Assembly: GCA_038320545.1 (NCBI GenBank)
Contig: JBBQEI010000004.1
Location: forward strand, 75,613-139,612
Length of the DNA stretch: 64,000 nucleotides
Direction: 5' to 3'
From: Bacteroidales bacterium
GTDB taxonomy: Bacteria; Bacteroidota; Bacteroidia; Bacteroidales; JAAUTT01
Below the pieces are notes generated by a model. It saw only the letters and a list, made by a program, of their open reading frames with translations, was not told the origin of the DNA and searched no databases. Shown here piece after piece: positions 56,830-64,000 of this stretch (within the stretch, counting starts at the first letter, position 1; every line of letters begins with the position of its first letter). Position numbers and translations under genes: made by a program.

Positions 56830-56929
56830 ACTATCGTATCGGTTAATTGTTTATTTTAATAAAGTTTTCGGTGTAACTCTGGTTGCATCGAAAGCTTTAT
56901 TTGATTTTTAACTATTAATTTAATTACAA

Positions 56930-57103
56930 ATGAGACTTATGTTAAATAAACTCCTTTCGGGTTCCATAATTCTTTTTTGTTGTTGGTTACTATGTTTTTT
57001 TGGGTTAAAAGTGGGTGGTGTGATTCATTTTATGCTGCTCTTTTCCATTATTGCTTATGTAGCTCATGTTTATTTTCATCGAAAAATAGCATTCAAACAT
57101 TAA
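56930..57103 (+). CDS. Small two-TM membrane protein, not in the ORF track (tentative)
   Basis: A 57-aa ORF, MRLMLNKLLSGSIILFCCWLLCFFGLKVGGVIHFMLLFSIIAYVAHVYFHRKIAFKH. Its G-G-x-I-H-x-x-L-L core resembles the small protein at 49954. Confidence 0.4.
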   Translation: MRLMLNKLLSGSIILFCCWLLCFFGLKVGGVIHFMLLFSIIAYVAHVYFHRKIAFKH

Positions 57104-57245
57104 TCAATGATATTTAAAAAGAATATGCCATTATCATGATTTTAAAACCCGTTAATATTTATTATTTTTAAAGATTATTCCATGGGATCTGATCATAAAG
57201 ATTAGCTCCCATGGATTTTATATTTATTGAAAATAGCTTAGTATA

Positions 57246-58973
57246 ATGCCTTTAGATCCTAGCTTTGCCGACCGAAAAACCCTGGAAAAATTTTCCTCTG
57301 CCTTTTCGCTTTCCGATATGGAAATATTTGTATTTCCCGAATTACTGTATCCGTTAGTAATAGCAAACATAATGAGTCCGGTTATCTGGAAATGGCGCGA
57401 CGATCCCTGGTTTAAGGATATCCTGAAAAAAACGGCTAATTATAAGGTAAATAGGATTAAGCAATATATAATGGATCATTATGTTTTCAACCTTGATCTG
57501 GAAACCTGGGGCCTCACAAACAAGGAGACTGAACTTAATCGCTTCAGAGATTTTATGGACACTTCCATTCTCGAACAATCGAATGCCCTGTTTGGCTACG
57601 AAGGCGATAAATATTATTTTGATATAGACATCAGGCGTCACTTTGGCCTGGATAAATATACAACGGAAATTATCCCATACTGGAAAACTGAAACGGTTGA
57701 AGCAATGACTGCCTTCAATTATAAGGAAAATTTTAATAAGGGGGCAGGCGAATGTGTCTCTTTATCGGCGCTATATGCTGCGGCTTTGTTTATCGTTGGC
57801 CAATTTCCTCTGGAAGAAATTTTTATCATTGGTACACCTTTACATTCTCAAAATTTCATTGGAATTAAAGATGGAATACTTACCAATAACCGACGTATTG
57901 TTACAAAAAACATGTGGTTCAATGGTACTGCCATGTCGGCGAAAGCAAGGCGGGCACTCGAAAATGAAAAGATTACAATAGTATCGCACATTTCAGGATT
58001 TATCCATTATGTTTTTCCTGAAGCAACAATCGATGTGGTAGCTTACCAGAAATTTACAGAAAAATTGAGAACCTTTCTGAAAATTGAAATATCTGCAGTT
58101 AATTTTATAAATTTTCTGAGATATCACATGTCTTTTAAAAAATGTTTCCAATTTAAGTACTTTACAAATAACCACAACTATTATATTGCTCTGGAAACAA
58201 TTTTCGAATACGAACATCACAGTAAATATAATTTTACGGAAGGTTCCAGAGATGCTTTAATTCAGGAAATAGATGATGAAGAATTTTCCCTTACACCTCT
58301 TGAAGATCGCATTGTAATTCAGGATGTAGAAAAATACCTGGAAAACAGCGACGAAAAAGATGTTGATAAAATAATGGAACATGTTGTTTTGCATGCCAAA
58401 GAAAGTAAATGCAGCAAAGAAGAACATATAAGGCAATTGTTTCTCGAATTAAAGAATTTTCTTAAAGTTGATCCGCAATTACCCGATATTAATAAAAAAT
58501 TCATGCCCTCCGAACATCTCGAAATAACAAACGGACAAACCCGGCAGGAAATCTATGAATATATACAACAAAAATCGTTGAATAGCGAACTTGCATTACT
58601 TTCGCTATATGCTTTCAGGCAGATGGACCAAATTAGCTGGATCCCTTTTATAAAAGCAGCAATTGAACGTAATCCTGTTTCGATTGAAGGATTAAAAGAA
58701 AAGAATAAAGAGGAGGCTTATAGCATGATTTCAAATTTATTGAATGATTCAATTTATGATGGAAAGCGGCTTGCACAACCCGATGAGGTCTGGAATTTTC
58801 AACGTGGTGATGGTATTGAAAAAGCTTTTGTAATGGCTGATTATTTGAAAAATATACTGAATTATAAAAGTTTTACGCTGAAAACTAATGCAACAAGCGT
58901 TATTTTATTGGCTGATGATGAGCAATTTGAATTCTTTTCGGAAAAGGGAATTGAAAAGGAGATTACTTTTTAA
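57246..58973 (+). CDS. Hypothetical cytoplasmic protein with a possible transglutaminase/papain-like Cys-His core
   Basis: A 575-aa ORF. GAGECVSLSALYAAALFIV followed by GTPLHSQNFIGIKDG suggests a Cys...His...Asp/Asn arrangement. I recognise no family. Confidence 0.55.
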   Translation: MPLDPSFADRKTLEKFSSAFSLSDMEIFVFPELLYPLVIANIMSPVIWKWRDDPWFKDILKKTANYKVNRIKQYIMDHYVFNLDLETWGLTNKETELNRFRDFMDTSILEQSNALFGYEGDKYYFDIDIRRHFGLDKYTTEIIPYWKTETVEAMTAFNYKENFNKGAGECVSLSALYAAALFIVGQFPLEEIFIIGTPLHSQNFIGIKDGILTNNRRIVTKNMWFNGTAMSAKARRALENEKITIVSHISGFIHYVFPEATIDVVAYQKFTEKLRTFLKIEISAVNFINFLRYHMSFKKCFQFKYFTNNHNYYIALETIFEYEHHSKYNFTEGSRDALIQEIDDEEFSLTPLEDRIVIQDVEKYLENSDEKDVDKIMEHVVLHAKESKCSKEEHIRQLFLELKNFLKVDPQLPDINKKFMPSEHLEITNGQTRQEIYEYIQQKSLNSELALLSLYAFRQMDQISWIPFIKAAIERNPVSIEGLKEKNKEEAYSMISNLLNDSIYDGKRLAQPDEVWNFQRGDGIEKAFVMADYLKNILNYKSFTLKTNATSVILLADDEQFEFFSEKGIEKEITF

Positions 58974-58985
58974 CACATAATTTTT

Positions 58986-59471
58986 ATGATTAAAATTGAC
59001 AATACGTTTACTGAAACCATTGTTAAACAAGCAATAGATTCGCCTCGTGGACGAAAAAATTACAATTATCATCAATCGTACAATGAGGTATTAAACCGCA
59101 TGCTGAATGCTCTTCAAATGGATACTTTTGTGCAGCCTCATAAGCATGAAGATCCCGACAAACATGAAGTTTTCTTAATATTAGCAGGAAAAGCAGCAGT
59201 TATTGAATTTGATGATTCGGGAAATATTACAGATTGGTATATTTTGGAAGCAGGGACTGGAAAATATGGGGTTGAAATTGCTCCTAAAATTTGGCATACT
59301 ATTATTCCGTTGGCTGATGGTACAGTGGTTTATGAAGTTAAAGAAGGTCCATATTCGCCTTTAAACGACAAAAACTTTGCAACATGGGCCCCTCGGGAAG
59401 GAGACGAATCTTGCAAAGTTTTTAATCAAAATCTATTAAAAAATATAGGCTATTTGCCCTCTGATAAATAA
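58986..59471 (+). CDS. WbuC-family cupin-fold metalloprotein
   Basis: SPRGRKNYNYHQSYNEVLNRMLNAL...FVQPHKH...HEVFLILAGKAAVIEFDDSGN...WHT matches my recollection of the WbuC cupin family. Confidence 0.65.
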   Translation: MIKIDNTFTETIVKQAIDSPRGRKNYNYHQSYNEVLNRMLNALQMDTFVQPHKHEDPDKHEVFLILAGKAAVIEFDDSGNITDWYILEAGTGKYGVEIAPKIWHTIIPLADGTVVYEVKEGPYSPLNDKNFATWAPREGDESCKVFNQNLLKNIGYLPSDK

Positions 59472-59475
59472 TAAA

Positions 59476-59688
59476 TTAAACCTGTGGATTTTGTAATTTC
59501 TCTGTATCTTTTTTTTCATCGGCAATAGGATCTTCATTTTTGCTTGCCTTTTTAAATTCTTTTATCCCCTGTCCAATTCCTTTCATTAATTCAGGAATTT
59601 TCTTTCCACCAAATAAAAGAACCATACCAAGAACAATTAAAACTATTTCCGGGGCTCCTAAAATGCCTAATACAATTGATAAATTCAT
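59476..59688 (-). CDS. tatA: Twin-arginine translocase subunit TatA/E
   Basis: MNLSIVLGILGAPEIVLIVLGMVLLFGGKKIPELMKGIGQGIKEFKKA. The start is placed at the internal ATG (59686-59688) that gives the canonical TatA N-terminus. Confidence 0.85.
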   Translation of the reverse strand: MNLSIVLGILGAPEIVLIVLGMVLLFGGKKIPELMKGIGQGIKEFKKASKNEDPIADEKKDTEKLQNPQV

Positions 59689-59873
59689 ATTATAATTCTT
59701 TAATAATTCAGGCCAAATGTAGTAATTTTTAAATCCAATAAAATTTAAATTAGGATATTTTAACAATAATTGAATCAAAAAGTATGTTGCTAGCATCTTT
59801 TTACATCATATTTAATTCCTCTTCTTAAAGTATCTTGTTATTTTTATGATTTCAAATCTAATATATATTTTCA

Positions 59874-61256
59874 ATGACTCTCATAAAATCAATTTCAGGT
59901 ATTCGTGGCACAATTGGGGGCCGTCCGGGAGATTGCCTTACTCCTTTAGACATTGTAAAATTTACTTCAGCATATGGAACCTGGGTTAAGAAACAGGAAC
60001 CGGAAAGCCGTTATAAAGTTATAGTAGGCCGGGATGCCCGTATTTCAGGTCCTATGGCACTTCAAATAGTAGTTGGAACACTCAATGGATTGGGAATTGA
60101 TGTAATTGATATTGGATTAGCCACCACACCAACTGTTGAAATTGCCGTTACTAAGGAAAAAGCATCCGGAGGTATCATTTTAACTGCCAGCCATAACCCT
60201 AAACAATGGAATGCATTAAAACTTTTAAACAATAAGGGAGAGTTTATTTCGGATGTTGATGGCAAAGAGATTTTAGCCATGACCGAAAAAGATGACTATA
60301 GTTATGCCGACGTGGATAGTTTAGGGCAGACAGTTTCAAAAGATTATACCCAAATTCATATCGACGAAGTGTTAGCCCTACCGTTTGTGAACAAAGAAGC
60401 CATTGCCAAAAAAGGATTCAAAGTGAGCATCGACTGTGTTAATTCAGTTGGAGGTATTGTTTTGCCATTATTATTAAAATTGTTGGGTGTTAAGGAAGTT
60501 GTTGAACTTTATTGCGAGCCAAATGGAATATTTCCTCATAATCCTGAACCACTTCCGGAACATTTAACAGAAATTTCCAAAGTTACCCGCGAAAAAGGTG
60601 CCGACGTTGGTTTTGTAGTCGATCCTGATGTGGATCGTTTGGCCATTGTGAACGAAGATGGTACTATGTTTGGAGAAGAATATACACTGGTTGCGATTTC
60701 CGACTATATCCTGTCGCACAAAAAAGGGAATACGGTTTCTAACCTTTCTTCGTCTCGTGCCTTGAGAGATGTTACTGTTAAACATGGTGGAACTTATACC
60801 GCTGCAGCTGTTGGAGAAGTAAATGTGGTTACAGCAATGAAAAATACAGGGGCTGTTATTGGTGGTGAAGGAAATGGAGGTATCATTTATCCGGCTTCTC
60901 ATTATGGCCGCGATGCCCTGGTTGGAATAGCATTGTTTTTAAGTCACCTGGCCACAAATGGACAAAAGTGTTCGCAATTGCGGGCAACATATCCTCCGTA
61001 TTTTATATCAAAAAATAAAATTGAATTGAAACAAGGTATTGATGTAGATGCCATTCTTCTTAAAGTTAAAGAGAAATATAAAAATGAGCAGGTAAATGAT
61101 ATTGATGGGATTAAGATTGATTTTCCTGCCGAATGGGTTCACTTGCGTAAATCCAACACAGAACCTATTATACGAATATACGCTGAAAGCAGCACAGCAG
61201 AAAGCGCCGACAAACTTGCTAAAAGTATGATCGATGTCATTCAAACGATGTTATAA
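59874..61256 (+). CDS. glmM: Phosphoglucosamine mutase (alpha-D-phosphohexomutase family)
   Basis: SISGIRGTIGG, GIILTASHNPKQWNALK (phosphoserine loop), FVVDPDVDRL and GGEGNGG. Confidence 0.85.
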   Translation: MTLIKSISGIRGTIGGRPGDCLTPLDIVKFTSAYGTWVKKQEPESRYKVIVGRDARISGPMALQIVVGTLNGLGIDVIDIGLATTPTVEIAVTKEKASGGIILTASHNPKQWNALKLLNNKGEFISDVDGKEILAMTEKDDYSYADVDSLGQTVSKDYTQIHIDEVLALPFVNKEAIAKKGFKVSIDCVNSVGGIVLPLLLKLLGVKEVVELYCEPNGIFPHNPEPLPEHLTEISKVTREKGADVGFVVDPDVDRLAIVNEDGTMFGEEYTLVAISDYILSHKKGNTVSNLSSSRALRDVTVKHGGTYTAAAVGEVNVVTAMKNTGAVIGGEGNGGIIYPASHYGRDALVGIALFLSHLATNGQKCSQLRATYPPYFISKNKIELKQGIDVDAILLKVKEKYKNEQVNDIDGIKIDFPAEWVHLRKSNTEPIIRIYAESSTAESADKLAKSMIDVIQTML

Positions 61257-61340
61257 TTGGCTTGATTTTTGTTACAAATTCGGCTGTCTGAAAAACAAAA
61301 TTTTCAGACAGTTTAAATATTAACTACCAACCCACCAGCA

Positions 61341-62681
61341 ATGAAAAAAAAACGTAATTTAATTATCCTTGCGGCAATTGTATTCCTTCTGATCTTTTTT
61401 GTTTTTGTATCCAGAAGTAATAAGCCCAAAAACACGGCACTTTATGCTATAGTAACCAAAGGTGAATTCGAAATTCTTGTAAATGTTACCGGGGAGCTTG
61501 AGGCTATGAATTCAGAAAATATAATGGCCCCCACCGAACTAAGAAGTGAAAACATCCGTCTTTATCAGGTTAAAATTCAGGATTTAATAGCCGAAGGTAC
61601 CTATGTTGATTCGGGCCAGTATGTAGCAACACTCGATCGTTCGGAGATAACCAATAAATTAAGGGAAGCTGAAGACGAACTCGAAAAAAAGCAAGCTGAT
61701 TTCACTAAGGTTCAACTCGATACTTCCATTAACCTTAGAAATCTTCGTGATCAACTGATAAATTCAAAATACGATCTTGAAGAAAAACAAATCACGCTGG
61801 AACAATCAAAATTTGAACCTCCGGCAACTATTCGTCAGGCACAGATAAACCTTGATAAATCGATGCGGGCCTATGAAGCTGCTCAAAAAGATTACAAGCT
61901 CAAGGTTCAGCAGGCTGAAGCTAATATGAAAGAAGCCAATATTAATCTGAACAGGCAAATTCGTCGCCGCGATGAAATCATGAAGGTTATAGGAAAGTTT
62001 ACCATTACCGCTCCTAAAAGAGGAATGGTAATATATCATAAGGAATGGGACGGTCAGCGCCGGAAAGTAGGATCGACTCTTAGTCCCTGGGAGCCCAATG
62101 TAGCTACTTTACCCGATTTATCGGTGATGATATCAAAAACGTATGTAAGCGAAATTGATATCAGCAAAGTTAAAGTGGGTCAAAAAGTGAGAATTGGAAT
62201 CGACGCTTTCCCTGATAAAAAATTAAATGGAACCATTACACAAGTATCCAATGTTGGCGAACAATTGCCCAATACCGATTCAAAAGTATTCGAGGTTATT
62301 CTCCGTGTAAAAGAATACGATGCTATTCTCAGGCCATATATGACTACAAGTAATTCAATTGTTATCGATACTTTCAAAAATGTAAAGTATATACCAATTG
62401 AAGCTATTCACAGCCAGGATAGTATTCCTTTTGTTTATACTAAAAGTGGAAAAAAGCAAGTGGTTATGCTTGGTGAAATGAACGAAACGGATGTAATCAT
62501 TGAAAAAGGATTGGATACAAATGATGTAATTTATCTGGCAGTGCCTGAAAAAGCTGAAAATTTCGATCTTGTTGGGAAAGAACTTATTGCTGAGATTAAA
62601 GCCAAAAGCCTGAAAAAAAAGAATGATCAGCTAAAAGAATCGCAAAGGCCTCCAGTTCGACAACAAGTAATTAATAAGTGA
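61341..62681 (+). CDS. HlyD/MacA-type efflux periplasmic adaptor
   Basis: N-terminal TM anchor, a long coiled-coil hairpin and beta-barrel motifs (ITAPKRGMVIY, VKVGQKVRIGIDAFPDKKLNGTITQVSN). Confidence 0.85.
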   Translation: MKKKRNLIILAAIVFLLIFFVFVSRSNKPKNTALYAIVTKGEFEILVNVTGELEAMNSENIMAPTELRSENIRLYQVKIQDLIAEGTYVDSGQYVATLDRSEITNKLREAEDELEKKQADFTKVQLDTSINLRNLRDQLINSKYDLEEKQITLEQSKFEPPATIRQAQINLDKSMRAYEAAQKDYKLKVQQAEANMKEANINLNRQIRRRDEIMKVIGKFTITAPKRGMVIYHKEWDGQRRKVGSTLSPWEPNVATLPDLSVMISKTYVSEIDISKVKVGQKVRIGIDAFPDKKLNGTITQVSNVGEQLPNTDSKVFEVILRVKEYDAILRPYMTTSNSIVIDTFKNVKYIPIEAIHSQDSIPFVYTKSGKKQVVMLGEMNETDVIIEKGLDTNDVIYLAVPEKAENFDLVGKELIAEIKAKSLKKKNDQLKESQRPPVRQQVINK

Positions 62682-64000
62682 TGCGGCTTTATAAAACTTA
62701 CATTCACGACATTGCCATCGCTTTTGAAGCCATTATGGCAAATAAGTTACGTTCTGTACTTACTGCCCTGGGAATAATTTTCGGGGTAGGCGCTGTTATC
62801 ACCATGCTGGCCATTGGTAAAGGAGCCCAACAGGAAATCCTTGAACAAATTAAAATGGTAGGGGTGAATAATATTGTTATTTTCCCTCTGGTTGAGCAGT
62901 CGGAAAACGAAAACGGGGAACAAACTGAAGATGTCACCAAAAAAAAGAAAAAGCTTTCGCATGGTTTGACACTTTCGGATGTTAAATCAATTCAATCAAC
63001 CTTATCAACAGTTAAGCTTATCAGCCCCGAGGTAATTGTAAATTCATTTGCTTATCAAAATGGGATGAAGTTTCAGACTAAATTGCTGGGTGTAAACAAT
63101 CATTATTTTGAAATTTATGGCCTTAAACTTGAAAAGGGGCGATATTTTGATGAAAACCAGGAAGAAAGCGGTCTTTCAGTATGTGTAATTGGATCAAATA
63201 TTCAAAGTAAATTTTTTCCCCAAAGCAATCCAATTGGGCAATATATCAAGTTTGGGAAAAACTGGTTGCGAATTGTTGGAGTAGTCGAGCGTAATAACAT
63301 TAAATTGTCAGGTTATCAGAATGCAGGGGTGAATGTTATTAACGACAATATTTTTGTGCCTATAAAAACTATGTTGTTGCGTTATCAGGACCGTTCGCTG
63401 GTTAATGCCCGTAAGGTGTTGGAAGCTAACAGCCGTCGCAATCAAAATAATAATAACAAAAAAACTCCCAACAAGAATTATCATCAGCTCGATAAAATTG
63501 TAGTTCAGGTTAATGAAACGGAAGATATACAATCTACTGTGGAAGTATTAGCCCGAATGATGTACCGGAGGCATTCGGAAGTGCAGGATTATGAAATAAC
63601 TGTACCGGAACTTTTATTAAAGCAACAAAAACGTACCAAGGAAATATTTAGTCTGGTTTTAGGTGCAATAGCAAGTATATCGCTGGTTGTAGGAGGAATT
63701 GGGATTATGAATATTATGTTTGCATCGGTAATGGAACGCATCAAGGAAATTGGAACCCGAATGGCAATTGGAGCAAAAAAGAAAGATATAGTTGTCCAAT
63801 TTCTTGCCGAAGCTGTTCTTATAAGTGTAACAGGTGGGATTATCGGGGTAGGTCTTGGAGTATTTGCCTCAATTCTTATAAGTAAAATATTGAATATCAT
63901 GACTATTATTTCGCCATTCTCAGTGTTTATAGCATTTGCTGTATCGGTGGGTGTTGGTGTAATCTTTGGTTATTCCCCTGCAAAAAGGGCTTCAGAACGA
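62681..64000 (+). CDS. MacB/FtsX-type ABC transporter permease (3' end outside the window)
   Basis: The ATG overlaps the adaptor stop (TGATG). ANKLRSVLTALGIIFGVGAVITMLAIG, a periplasmic MacB_PCD-like region and an FtsX tail (SLVVGGIGIMNIMFASVMERIKEIGTRMAIGAKKKDIVVQFLAEAV). My hand translation is open to the window end. Confidence 0.85.
   Translation, partial: MRLYKTYIHDIAIAFEAIMANKLRSVLTALGIIFGVGAVITMLAIGKGAQQEILEQIKMVGVNNIVIFPLVEQSENENGEQTEDVTKKKKKLSHGLTLSDVKSIQSTLSTVKLISPEVIVNSFAYQNGMKFQTKLLGVNNHYFEIYGLKLEKGRYFDENQEESGLSVCVIGSNIQSKFFPQSNPIGQYIKFGKNWLRIVGVVERNNIKLSGYQNAGVNVINDNIFVPIKTMLLRYQDRSLVNARKVLEANSRRNQNNNNKKTPNKNYHQLDKIVVQVNETEDIQSTVEVLARMMYRRHSEVQDYEITVPELLLKQQKRTKEIFSLVLGAIASISLVVGGIGIMNIMFASVMERIKEIGTRMAIGAKKKDIVVQFLAEAVLISVTGGIIGVGLGVFASILISKILNIMTIISPFSVFIAFAVSVGVGVIFGYSPAKRASER

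Noticed and set aside
59689-59796. 36-codon N-terminal extension of TatA
   Set aside because: TatA proteins start directly with the TM helix. The internal ATG yields the canonical MNLSIVLGILGAPEIVLIVL... N-terminus.
1-64000. Search for prophage, integrase, transposase, tRNA, rRNA or cas genes
   Set aside because: None of the ORFs or intergenic regions showed the characteristic motifs: no DDE or tyrosine-recombinase signatures, no cloverleaf-sized conserved intergenic blocks and no repeat-spacer arrays. This was a by-eye scan only, so small ncRNAs could have been missed.

Overview
AT-rich chromosomal segment that reads as Bacteroidota. The evidence is a T9SS type-B cargo gene next to PorP/SprF, an ECF-sigma/anti-sigma/SusC(STN)/SusD/GH42 polysaccharide utilisation locus, a TAnnTTTG-type promoter box, and tight gene packing without obvious Shine-Dalgarno sites. 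Clear housekeeping genes are era-der, ppc, glmM, tatA, dps and a transsulfuration PLP enzyme. Between them lie accessory or poorly understood modules. (1) A sensory [FeFe]-hydrogenase-like protein (2x ferredoxin motifs, H-domain, Cx2Cx4Cx16C, PAS) abuts a SpoIIE/PP2C phosphatase (43615-46704); this is the most interesting locus. (2) A three-gene HipB/HipS/HipT-type toxin-antitoxin cassette has its kinase broken at a T9 homopolymer. (3) ppc is followed by a small protein with an LCIB/beta-carbonic-anhydrase-like Cys/His/Cys pattern. (4) A periplasmic propeller/Y_Y_Y sensor is fused to a PP2C phosphatase. (5) A decayed ABC-transporter operon is flanked by copies of a short dispersed repeat. (6) A metallo-beta-lactamase remnant. 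(7) An 8-bp tandem repeat array lies upstream of era. (8) Stress/envelope clusters contain two small membrane ORFs below the ORF-track cutoff. I recognised no rRNA, tRNA, CRISPR array, integrase or transposase. All family assignments rest on motifs read by eye and on memory of the families; no database search was run.
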